This document shows positions 1 to 7,941 of a DNA stretch of 32,000 bases, piece by piece (the first letter of the stretch is position 1; each line of letters begins with the position of its first letter). The translations under genes were made by a program, and so were the position numbers. Source of the DNA: Aquifex aeolicus VF5 (lineage in GTDB: Bacteria > Aquificota > Aquificia > Aquificales > Aquificaceae); assembly GCF_000008625.1 (NCBI RefSeq), contig NC_000918.1, forward strand, positions 210,001-242,000, written 5' to 3'. A model generated the notes under the pieces. It saw nothing but the letters and a program-made list of their open reading frames with translations. It did no database searches and was not told the DNA's origin.

Positions 1-942
1 CAGGTGTTGAGTCTTGCTCATTCCTATTAGGAAAGTTCCCACTCCCGGGGTGCTCCTTACAAACTGTATGGCCACGTGAACGTCGTTTTCAAGTCCGAAG
101 AATTCCTTTAACCTTTCGGGTACTCTTCCTATTACGTTTCCCTGATAAATGGTTGCGCTGATATACGTGTAAACGCCGAGTTCCTGTGCAGCTTCCAGAG
201 TGGATAGCGTTTTGCCACTTACCTGCTGGTTCTTAAGCGTGAAGGCTTCCGGCATACCGAGGTTGTAGGGGAGCTGTATGAACTTAAAGTGGTGGTTTTC
301 GCCCGCAACGCTCTTTGCTATGTCCAGAATTTCCAAAAGACTTAAGTACTGCCTAGAAGAGGGAGTAAGTCTAAAACCGTGCCACGTTGCAAAGCCGTAG
401 AACTTGAGCTTTCCTTCCGAAACCTTCTCCTCTAAAAGTTCAAAACACTCGGCCACCTTTTTATTGAAACGATTCCTGTCCACGTAAAGGAGTTGCTCCT
501 CTGGGTTATGTAGGAAGTACACGTCTATGTAATCGGTTTTCATGTTTTCAAGGCTTTTGTTGAAGCACCAGTTTATGAATTCCCTTCCAAGGTAGTGTCC
601 CTGAGGTGTCATTTCAGAGAGGTCTATAATCCCCGTCTTTAGAAAGTTCTTTTCAAAGTACTCCTTAGGGTCTTCACCGCTTTCTACGTCGTAGGGGATG
701 TATCCGCCTTTTGTGGAAACAATTACCTTTTCCCTTTCAACCTCCTGAAGGACTTTACCCACAACCCTTTCGCTCTTCATGTACCTGTAATTGATTGCGG
801 TATCAACAACGTTTATTCCAAGCTCAACAGCCTTCTTTATCGTTTCGTAATAACCCCTGTCCGTCTCCTCGTCGAGCTCACCGAGATACGTCCCGACGCC
901 CATTTCTGAAAGTCTTAATCCTTCAAACTCTTTGTAAAGCAT
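1..942 (-). CDS. Aldo/keto reductase family protein, C-terminus truncated by window edge
   Basis: Hand translation of the minus strand from ATG at 942 stays open to position 1: MLYKEFEGLRLSEMGVGTYLGELDEETDRGYYETIKKAVELGINVVDTAINYR...DYIDVYFLHNPEEQ...VRSTPGVGTFLIGMSKTQHL. It has the N-terminal 'G.GTYLG', 'INVVDTA.NY' and C-terminal 'TFLIGMSK' AKR motifs. Absent from the ORF track because it runs off the edge. Confidence 0.85.
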   Translation of the reverse strand, partial: MLYKEFEGLRLSEMGVGTYLGELDEETDRGYYETIKKAVELGINVVDTAINYRYMKSERVVGKVLQEVEREKVIVSTKGGYIPYDVESGEDPKEYFEKNFLKTGIIDLSEMTPQGHYLGREFINWCFNKSLENMKTDYIDVYFLHNPEEQLLYVDRNRFNKKVAECFELLEEKVSEGKLKFYGFATWHGFRLTPSSRQYLSLLEILDIAKSVAGENHHFKFIQLPYNLGMPEAFTLKNQQVSGKTLSTLEAAQELGVYTYISATIYQGNVIGRVPERLKEFFGLENDVHVAIQFVRSTPGVGTFLIGMSKTQHL

Positions 943-1033
943 AATGTAGTTAATTTTAAGTTAGGAACACAGCTTGGGATTTCCTTAAGGGAATATAATA
1001 TTTATTTAGTAAATCTTTATAAGGAGTGGAGAA

Positions 1034-1816
1034 ATGTACACGCTCAGAGAACCCTACAAAGGCTACGAGGTCAAAGTAACGCTCCTGCCTATAGAGGATA
1101 TAGTAATCCCTCCCATACAGAGGGATTTATCGGAGACATTGATAAAGAAGTTAATGCTCAGCATAGAAAAAGTTGGATTTGTAGATCCCATACTCGTCGT
1201 TGAAGGAGAAGAAGGAAAGTACGAGGTGATAAACGGTCAGCACAGACTCAAGGCTGCGGAACTCCTCGGCATAAGGGAAATTCCCGCAATAATTCTGCCT
1301 CAGGAAACTAAAGACTACATAATATCCCTCAACGTTGAAAAGGCACCGAACTTAAAGGACAAGGCTCATCAGGCTTACGAGATATTCATGAAGTACCTTA
1401 AGGAAAATCCCGAAATGGAGGAAGTGGAGCTCGAAAACATGGTGGAAGAACCTTACTTCCTTACGGTTGGTTTCATTACTGACCGCTTCGGAGAAAAGAG
1501 GTTTCCCGCTTACGCCTTTGAAAAGGTTCTGAAAAAAGTAGACGAGTTTTTAGGTCTTCCCCTGGAGGAAGCGGAGAGGGAAAGGGAAAACAGGGCAAAC
1601 GTCCTGAGAGACGTCAGGGAAGTTATGGAGGAGAAGTATCAGGAACTCGGACTCACAAACGCCCTTCACAAGGAAGCGATAATTTCTAAAGCCTTCCAGT
1701 CCGTGTACGGAAAGAGAGTAAGGAAGGTAGATGACGACTTTTATACGGTATTTGAAAAGATAAAGGAAGCCATACCCAGAGTTTCCTTTACCGAAGAAGA
1801 GCTGGAAAGCTTTTAA
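1034..1816 (+). CDS. Stand-alone ParB/sulfiredoxin-like N-terminal domain protein
   Basis: ORF 260 aa; 'LPIEDIVIPPIQRDLSETLIKKLMLSIEKVGFVDPILVVEGEEGKYEVINGQHRLKAAELLGIREIPAIIL' matches the ParB-N pattern (G-x-H/R-R-x-x-A). GGAG-type RBS just upstream (~1022). Confidence 0.8.
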   Translation: MYTLREPYKGYEVKVTLLPIEDIVIPPIQRDLSETLIKKLMLSIEKVGFVDPILVVEGEEGKYEVINGQHRLKAAELLGIREIPAIILPQETKDYIISLNVEKAPNLKDKAHQAYEIFMKYLKENPEMEEVELENMVEEPYFLTVGFITDRFGEKRFPAYAFEKVLKKVDEFLGLPLEEAERERENRANVLRDVREVMEEKYQELGLTNALHKEAIISKAFQSVYGKRVRKVDDDFYTVFEKIKEAIPRVSFTEEELESF

Positions 1817-2577
1817 AGAACGAATACTTCCGAGGTTATCTTTGGCTCTACTTCCTCTCCGAGTATTAACTTAATTAACCTCTCTAAATTCTGAGACCTG
1901 TCCGTAAAGTAAAGCTCAAGACTTCCGCTTCCTTCGTTTTTTACAAAGTCCTTTAAGGATTTCGCGGTTGCACGGGAGGAGTCTATCACATTCACACCTT
2001 CCAGAAAGTTTTGTATTTCCCTTTTGAGCAGAGGATAGTGAGTACAACCGAGGATTAATGTATCCACCTTTCCCTTAAAGTCCTTCAGGTAATGCTCCAC
2101 TACCTTTTTCGGTATTTCTCCCTCAATCATTCCTTCTTCCACCAGAGGCACAAAGAGCGGACAGGCTTTTGAGTAAACCTCTGCTCCTGCCCTTTTTAAG
2201 GCTTCCTGATAAGCACCGCTCTTTATAGTAGCCTGCGTGCCTATGACTCCTATTCTCTTCGTTTTTGATTTTCTAAGGGCTTCCTTAACTCCCGGCTCTA
2301 TTACTCCGAAAACTGGAAAGGGAAACTCCCTCTTTAATTCTTCAAGGGCGTAGGCGCTTGCAGTATTGCATGCGACTACGAGCAAGTCAACACCCTTGTC
2401 CTTCAGGAAGTTTGCGCACTCCTTTGAGTACCTTACTATCGTTTCCTTTGAACGTATCCCGTAAGGAACTCTTGCTGTATCTCCCAAGTAAACTACGTCC
2501 ACGTTCGGATAAGCTTCCCTTATGGCTTTTAAAACCGTCATTCCCCCCGCACCACTGTCAAAAATCCCTATTTTCAT
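1813..2577 (-). CDS. murI: Glutamate racemase
   Basis: ORF track 1813..2610. Likely true start is the internal Met at about 2577 (MKIGIFDSGAGGMTVLKAIREAYP). Contains 'VVACNTASAYAL' and 'TLILGCTHYPLL', the two catalytic Cys motifs of MurI. Confidence 0.96.
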   Translation of the reverse strand: MKIGIFDSGAGGMTVLKAIREAYPNVDVVYLGDTARVPYGIRSKETIVRYSKECANFLKDKGVDLLVVACNTASAYALEELKREFPFPVFGVIEPGVKEALRKSKTKRIGVIGTQATIKSGAYQEALKRAGAEVYSKACPLFVPLVEEGMIEGEIPKKVVEHYLKDFKGKVDTLILGCTHYPLLKREIQNFLEGVNVIDSSRATAKSLKDFVKNEGSGSLELYFTDRSQNLERLIKLILGEEVEPKITSEVFVL

Positions 2578-2601
2578 AAAGAAGATTTTACAATTCATTC
2601 C

Positions 2602-3666
2602 TTGATGCAATTTGAAGTCCTGAAGAGGTTTTTCCCTAAAGAGAGTCTGAAAAATTGCAAAGGAGCTTTATGGGTTCACACAGCAAGTATAGGAGAATTC
2701 AATACTTTCCTACCTATCCTTAAAGAACTAAAAAGAGAACACAGAATTCTGCTCACTTACTTTTCCCCCCGTGCAAGGGAATACCTAAAGACAAAAAGTG
2801 ATTTTTACGACTGCCTTCATCCTCTCCCTCTTGATAACCCATTTTCCGTAAAGAGATTTGAAGAACTATCAAAACCAAAAGCCTTAATAGTAGTTGAAAG
2901 GGAATTCTGGCCCTCTTTAATAATTTTTACTAAAGTTCCCAAAATCCTCGTCAACGCCTACGCAAAAGGGAGTTTAATAGAGAAAATTCTCTCAAAAAAA
3001 TTTGACTTAATAATAATGAGAACTCAAGAAGATGTGGAAAAATTTAAAACCTTTGGTGCAAAGAGGGTATTTTCCTGCGGGAATTTAAAATTCATTTGTC
3101 AAAAAGGAAAAGGGATAAAATTGAAAGGTGAATTCATAGTAGCGGGAAGTATCCACACGGGCGAAGTTGAAATCATTCTAAAAGCCTTTAAAGAAATAAA
3201 AAAGACTTATTCAAGCTTAAAACTGATACTTGTCCCGAGGCATATAGAGAACGCAAAAATCTTTGAAAAAAAGGCGAGGGACTTTGGTTTTAAAACTTCC
3301 TTCTTTGAAAACCTCGAAGGTGATGTTATCCTAGTGGACAGGTTCGGGATACTTAAAGAACTATACCCGGTCGGAAAAATCGCAATAGTTGGCGGAACTT
3401 TTGTAAATATAGGGGGGCATAACCTTCTGGAGCCCACCTGCTGGGGCATTCCCGTAATTTACGGACCTTACACGCATAAAGTAAATGATCTGAAGGAATT
3501 TTTAGAAAAAGAGGGAGCTGGATTTGAAGTAAAGAATGAAACAGAGCTCGTGACAAAACTCACGGAGCTCCTATCCGTAAAGAAAGAGATTAAAGTGGAG
3601 GAAAAATCAAGGGAAATTAAGGGATGTTACTTGGAAAAACTTAGGGAGTTTTTAAGAGGTCTTTAA
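2602..3666 (+). CDS. waaA: 3-deoxy-D-manno-octulosonic acid (Kdo) transferase
   Basis: 354 aa; 'GALWVHTASIGEFNTFLPILKEL', 'ILVNAYAKGS', 'VAGSIHTGEVEIILKAFK', 'VGGTFVNIGGHNLLEP', typical of WaaA/KdtA (GT30). Confidence 0.94.
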   Translation: MMQFEVLKRFFPKESLKNCKGALWVHTASIGEFNTFLPILKELKREHRILLTYFSPRAREYLKTKSDFYDCLHPLPLDNPFSVKRFEELSKPKALIVVEREFWPSLIIFTKVPKILVNAYAKGSLIEKILSKKFDLIIMRTQEDVEKFKTFGAKRVFSCGNLKFICQKGKGIKLKGEFIVAGSIHTGEVEIILKAFKEIKKTYSSLKLILVPRHIENAKIFEKKARDFGFKTSFFENLEGDVILVDRFGILKELYPVGKIAIVGGTFVNIGGHNLLEPTCWGIPVIYGPYTHKVNDLKEFLEKEGAGFEVKNETELVTKLTELLSVKKEIKVEEKSREIKGCYLEKLREFLRGL

Positions 3667-4411
3667 CGAAGGGAATTACGACCTCGTTGAACTTTTCGGG
3701 GTTTTCAAAAGGCGGAAGGTGTGCGGAGTTTTCAAGCTCGTAGTACTTTGCTCCCTTTATGCCCTCTGCAATCTTTTTCACAATCTCCGGAGGAGTGACT
3801 CTCTCGTCGTCTTTTCCCGCTATCACGAGCGTAGGAACGTCTATACTCGGAAGCAGATCCGTGTTATCCTTCCTTTCTGCTAGAGCCTTTAATGTCTTCA
3901 CTATGCCTTCCCTCGTTGCCTTTTCCATTATGCACCTGAGTGTCCTCATCTTGTTTTCGTCCTTCTTCGTGGCAGGGGAAGTCTGGTTTTCGAGCATAGC
4001 CTCTATTAAGAACTCCTTTCCTTCCTTCTGTACTTTCTCTATTAGGGCGTAGCGTGCTTTTTTGCCCTCTTCGGTGTCCGCCTCCGCCCTGGTTGCAACG
4101 AAAACAAATCCCTTTATCATTTCCCTGTAGCGTCTCCACATGTCGAACATTATGTAACCGCCCATACTGTCTCCTATCGGGATTACCTTCTTTACCCTGA
4201 ACTTTCTGAGTTCGTTTACGACGTAATCCGTTAATCTCTCTACCGTATACTCTCCGGGAAGGTTTGGAGCGTCTCCGAAGCCCGGATAATCTAAAGCTAC
4301 GTAAGGTATTCCTTCCTCTTCAAAGGCACAAAACTGGTACCTGTACATCTCTTTGTTCAGGGGAAAAGCGTGCAGGAAAAGTACAACTTCGGGAAAGTAA
4401 GTTCTCAGCAT
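3641..4411 (-). CDS. Alpha/beta hydrolase fold protein
   Basis: 256 aa; 'LFLHAFPLNKEMYR', nucleophile elbow 'IPIGDSMGGYI', 'LVIAGKDDERVTP' and 'NSAHLPPFENPEKF' (catalytic His region). Confidence 0.85.
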   Translation of the reverse strand: MLRTYFPEVVLFLHAFPLNKEMYRYQFCAFEEEGIPYVALDYPGFGDAPNLPGEYTVERLTDYVVNELRKFRVKKVIPIGDSMGGYIMFDMWRRYREMIKGFVFVATRAEADTEEGKKARYALIEKVQKEGKEFLIEAMLENQTSPATKKDENKMRTLRCIMEKATREGIVKTLKALAERKDNTDLLPSIDVPTLVIAGKDDERVTPPEIVKKIAEGIKGAKYYELENSAHLPPFENPEKFNEVVIPFVKDLLKTP

Positions 4412-4435
4412 AAAAATTATTCTAAAATAGAAACT

Positions 4436-4885
4436 ATGCTGAGACCTAAGGGATTTGACAAATTAGACCACTACTTCAGAACAGAACTGGACATAGACCT
4501 GACCGATGAGACCATAGAACTGCTCCTGAACTCCGTTAAAGCTGCCTTCGGAAAACTCTTTTACGGTGCGGAGCAAAGGGCAAGGTGGAACGGAAGGGAC
4601 TTTATAGCCCTTGCGGATCTGAACATAACCAAAGCTCTGGAAGAACATATCAAAAACTTCCAGAAGATAGAACAAGATATGGGAGTGGACGAGCTCCTTG
4701 AGTACATAGCCTTTATTCCTCCCGTGGAAATGAATGTAGGGGAAGACCTGAAAAGTGAGTACAGGAACATAATGGGCGGACTCCTCCTCATGCACGCGGA
4801 CGTTATAAAGAAGGCAACGGGAGAGAGAAAACCCTCAAGGGAGGCTATGGAGTTCGTAGCCCAAATAGTTGACAAAGTTTTCTAA
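4436..4885 (+). CDS. DUF1931-type small helical protein, probable tandem histone-fold
   Basis: ORF track 4370..4885. A likely start is the Met at about 4436 (MLRPKGFDKLDHYFRTELDIDLTDETIELLLNSVKAAFGKLFYGAEQRARWNGRDFIALADLNITKALEEHIKNF...). Matches my memory of A. aeolicus aq_328 (PDB 1R4V), a histone-like fold. Confidence 0.7.
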   Translation: MLRPKGFDKLDHYFRTELDIDLTDETIELLLNSVKAAFGKLFYGAEQRARWNGRDFIALADLNITKALEEHIKNFQKIEQDMGVDELLEYIAFIPPVEMNVGEDLKSEYRNIMGGLLLMHADVIKKATGERKPSREAMEFVAQIVDKVF

Positions 4886-4914
4886 TTGATTATTCTTTTC
4901 AGATAGGGGCTAGT

Positions 4915-5796
4915 ATGAATAAAAAGGAACTTATTGACATACTTCTATACGACGTTGCATTAGAGCATTCTGCCATAATCCAGTACCTCTACAACGTGTT
5001 CCTGATAGGAGATCCCGAAATAACGAACGAGATAGAGAGTATAGCAAGACAGGAAATGCGTCACCTCAAGTGGTTTGCCCAGAAGGTGGTAGAACTTGGC
5101 GGAAAGGTAACTCTGAACAGGATAGAGGAGGCTATAAAGGTAGGACAGAGCTGGGAAGAGATGCTCAAAAACGACGTGGATGCGGAAGAGGAAGCGATAA
5201 AGATATACTCCCAGCAACTTGAAATAGTGAAGGACGATTCTGTGAAAAAGCTCTTGGACAGAGTGATAAACGACGAGATGAGGCACAGGGACGAGTTTTC
5301 CGAAATGCTCGAAGAACTCAAAAACAAGAAGATAGAAGAAGCTAAACAGGAAGCAGGGATAGACTCCGAAATATTCAACATACTCAACAAACTCCTTCAA
5401 AAGGAGTACAGGCTAATACTGGACTACCTCTACCACTTCTTCCACTCAAAAACGTGGCAGGAAAAGGACACTTCTTTAGATATAGCAATTGAGAGCATGT
5501 TCCACATGGGAGAGCTTGGTGAAAAGATAGGAGAACTGGGAGGTTATCCCGACCTTTCCCTACCGAAGGCAAAACACTTTAAAGGATTCACACCAGAGGA
5601 AGTTATAGAGGACATAAAGGAAGAAGAAACTGCAAGCAGGATGTACGAAGAAAACGCAAAGAAGGTAACGAGGGAAGACTTAGTAAAACTCTTTAAGTGG
5701 TTTGAAAAACAGGAAGACTACCACGCTCAGAGATTAAAGGAATTATTTAGGAAGATGAACAGGTTCACTATAGGGGGCTTGGGAGAAGAGTCTTAA
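4915..5796 (+). CDS. Ferritin-like protein with two tandem four-helix domains
   Basis: 293 aa; first half has 'LEHSAIIQYLY...RQEMRHLKWF...AEEEAIKIY...INDEMRHRDEF' (E/ExxH pattern). Second half repeats the layout: 'LQKEYRLILDYLYHFF...ESMFHMGELG...KEEETASRMYEE...KQEDYHAQRL'. Confidence 0.85.
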   Translation: MNKKELIDILLYDVALEHSAIIQYLYNVFLIGDPEITNEIESIARQEMRHLKWFAQKVVELGGKVTLNRIEEAIKVGQSWEEMLKNDVDAEEEAIKIYSQQLEIVKDDSVKKLLDRVINDEMRHRDEFSEMLEELKNKKIEEAKQEAGIDSEIFNILNKLLQKEYRLILDYLYHFFHSKTWQEKDTSLDIAIESMFHMGELGEKIGELGGYPDLSLPKAKHFKGFTPEEVIEDIKEEETASRMYEENAKKVTREDLVKLFKWFEKQEDYHAQRLKELFRKMNRFTIGGLGEES

Positions 5797-5843
5797 TACT
5801 TGCCAAATAAAGGGCTTTTTTATAAAATAAAAATCTTAGGTAA

Positions 5844-5931
5844 GCCGGAGTGGCGGAACTGGCAGACGCGCCGTCTTGAGGGGACGGTGCCCTTTACGGG
5901 CGTGCGGGTTCGACTCCCGCCTCCGGCACCA
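5844..5931 (+). tRNA. tRNA-Leu (anticodon GAG), CCA encoded
   Basis: gccggagtggcggaactggcagacgcg-ccgtc-ttgaggg-gacgg-tgccctttacgggcgt-gcggg-ttcgact-cccgc-ctccggc-a-cca. 7-bp acceptor stem, long variable arm, TTC loop, anticodon GAG. Confidence 0.97.
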
Positions 5932-5953
5932 CAAAATCCCTTAAAATAATCAA

Positions 5954-6970
5954 ATGCCGAAAAACGACCTCCTTTTGAGAAGCCTCCGCGGAGAACCCAT
6001 AGGGCGATTTCCCGTCTGGTTAATGAGACAGGCAGGCAGGTACATGCCTGAGTACAGGAAAATAAGGAACAGAGTTAAAAACTTTCTTGAACTCTGTAAA
6101 AACGTAGACCTTGCCACCGAAATCTCGCTCCTTCCTTTAAAAATTCTTGGTGTTGATGCGATAATCATCTTTTCCGATATCCTCGTTCCCTTGGAACCCT
6201 TAGGTGTAAAGGTCGAGTTCGTAGAGGGAGAAGGTCCGAAGCTCTCTTGGAGCGGAAAGGTTTCTGATTTGAAAAAGTACGACCCGTCTCAAAACGCATA
6301 CGTTTACGAAATTATTAAAAGGGTTAAGGAAGCTCAGGACGAAGTTCCCGTTATAGGTTTTGCCGGAGCACCCTTTACACTCCTCTCGTACCTGATAGAA
6401 GGCGGGGCGAGCAAAGACTTCAAAAGTACTAAACTCTTTATGTGGGAAAATCCCAAGGAGTACAAAAGGTTGATGGACATACTTACGGAAACTGTACTGG
6501 CTTACTTGAAGGAACAGATAAAGGCTGGAGCGGATGTGGTTCAAATATTCGATAGCTGGGTCAACAACCTGAGCCTTGAGGATTACGGTGAGTACGTTTA
6601 CCCTTACGTGAATTACTTAATTTCTGAGCTGAAAGACTTTTCGGATACACCCGTTATATACTTCTTCAGAGGTTCTTCCTCATTTATAGACCTGGCGGTG
6701 GACTACAGAGCTGATGCCCTTTCTGTGGACTGGAGCGTTGATATACCCGAACTCTTTAAAATCTACGATAAAGGCTTTCAGGGAAATCTTGAACCTGCGG
6801 TTCTGTACGCAAGCGAGGAGGTTATAGAAGAAAAGACTTTAGGACTCCTCAGAAGAATTCCCGTAAAAACTAGGTACGTTTTTAACTTGGGGCACGGGCT
6901 TGCCCCCGACATGGAACTTGAGAAAGTTAAGTACCTCGTGGATCTGGTCAAGTCCTTTCCTTTAACATAA
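5954..6970 (+). CDS. hemE: Uroporphyrinogen decarboxylase
   Basis: 338 aa; 'RFPVWLMRQAGRYMPEYRKIR' signature, 'IGFAGAPFTLLSYLIEGG', 'FNLGHGLAPDMELEKVKYLVDLVK'. Confidence 0.98.
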   Translation: MPKNDLLLRSLRGEPIGRFPVWLMRQAGRYMPEYRKIRNRVKNFLELCKNVDLATEISLLPLKILGVDAIIIFSDILVPLEPLGVKVEFVEGEGPKLSWSGKVSDLKKYDPSQNAYVYEIIKRVKEAQDEVPVIGFAGAPFTLLSYLIEGGASKDFKSTKLFMWENPKEYKRLMDILTETVLAYLKEQIKAGADVVQIFDSWVNNLSLEDYGEYVYPYVNYLISELKDFSDTPVIYFFRGSSSFIDLAVDYRADALSVDWSVDIPELFKIYDKGFQGNLEPAVLYASEEVIEEKTLGLLRRIPVKTRYVFNLGHGLAPDMELEKVKYLVDLVKSFPLT

Positions 6971-7759
6971 ATCTTCCCGCGTAGTCCTTTGCAAATTGAT
7001 AGGCAACTCTTCCCGAAAAACTGCTCCTTTCCGTAGCCCACCTGAGGGCTTCCCTCTTAACTTCTTCGTCCATGGGAATACCGAACATCTTTAAGTAGTT
7101 TTCCACGATTTCTAGGTAGAGTTCCTGAAAAACGGGTGGGAATTGAAGTCTGATACCGAAGCGTTCCACTAAAGAAAACTTTTCGTGGAGTGCTTCCTCC
7201 GGAAATTTATCCTTTTCTTCCAAATCCGGAGAGAGGTGTCTCCTGTTTGTAGTTGCGTAAACAAGACGTTCTGGGGTCTTTCCTCAACATCTCCCTCCAT
7301 AATAGATTTTAAAAGTCTAAAGGCATCCTCATGTGGCTCAAAGGTCAGGTCGTCGAAAAAGAGTATGAACTTTTCTTCTTTATCTCTCAGGACCTCGTAG
7401 AGATCTGCGAGTTCGGGAATTTCGTGTTTGGTTACCTGAACTATCCTTAGTCCCTCTTTTCCGAAAACTCCCAAGAGAGCTTTTACCAGAGAAGACTTTC
7501 CTGTTCCCCTCGCACCCCAGAGGAGCACGTCGTTTGCGGGAAGTCCCTTCACGAATTGAGCCGTGTTCCTGAGTAAGACTTCCTTTTGCTTTTCTACTCC
7601 GAGGAGGGAGTTTATATCTGGTATGTGGGGGTGTTTTACGGGCTCAAGCTTGTTTATCTTCAACCTGAAGGCGAGGTGTTCTTTGAAAAACCCTTCGGGA
7701 TAATCCCTGGTGTTTAAACCCTTTGAGAGTTCCTTTACGAGTTGCTCTACGAGGCTCAT
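6948..7759 (-). pseudogene. DUF815-like P-loop ATPase split by a single-base frame change near 7262 (ORFs 7169..7759 and 6948..7223)
   Basis: N-terminal ORF: 'GVEKQKEVLLRNTAQFVKGLPANDVLLWGARGTGKSSLVKALL' (Walker A) and 'EKFILFFDDLTFE' (Walker B). Continuing in the other frame from the junction gives 'VEERPQNV-[L]-VYATTNRRHLSPDLEEKDKFPEEALHEKFSLVERFGIRLQF', the expected family continuation. Confidence 0.85.
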
Positions 7760-7770
7760 AGGTTTATAAT
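7742..7770 (+). promoter_or_regulatory. Candidate sigma-70-like promoter for the tRNA-Gly/tRNA-Cys unit
   Basis: TTGCTC (7742-7747), 17-nt spacer, TATAAT (7765-7770), 13 nt before the tRNA-Gly 5' end (7784). Confidence 0.5.
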
Positions 7771-7783
7771 AATACTTTGTAGA

Positions 7784-7858
7784 GCGGGCGTAGCTCAGTG
7801 GTAGAGCGGCTGCTTGCCATGCAGCAGGTCGCGGGTTCGAGTCCCGTCGCCCGCTCCA
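7784..7858 (+). tRNA. tRNA-Gly (anticodon GCC), CCA encoded
   Basis: gcgggcg-ta-gctc-agtggta-gagc-g-gctgc-ttgccat-gcagc-aggtc-gcggg-ttcgagt-cccgt-cgcccgc-t-cca; complete cloverleaf. Confidence 0.97.
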
Positions 7859-7866
7859 TATAAAAA

Positions 7867-7941
7867 GGCGACGTGGCCGAGCGGTTAGGCGGGGGACTGC
7901 AAATCCCCTTTACGGCGGTTCGAATCCGCCCGTCGCCTCCA
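7867..7941 (+). tRNA. tRNA-Cys (anticodon GCA), CCA encoded
   Basis: ggcgacg...gggga-ctgcaaa-tcccc-tttac-ggcgg-ttcgaat-ccgcc-cgtcgcc-t-cca; complete cloverleaf. Confidence 0.97.

Noticed and set aside
2358-2579. Plus-strand ORF over murI and similar small ORFs (3207..3449, 3353..3556, 3759..4052, 3864..4139)
   Set aside because: All overlap well supported coding sequences and show no conserved motif.
7169-7300. Canonical -1 programmed ribosomal frameshift signal in the DUF815-like ATPase
   Set aside because: The junction (GTC TTG TTT ACG) is not an X-XXY-YYZ heptamer, and I see no clear downstream stem-loop, so I cannot support a programmed event from sequence alone.
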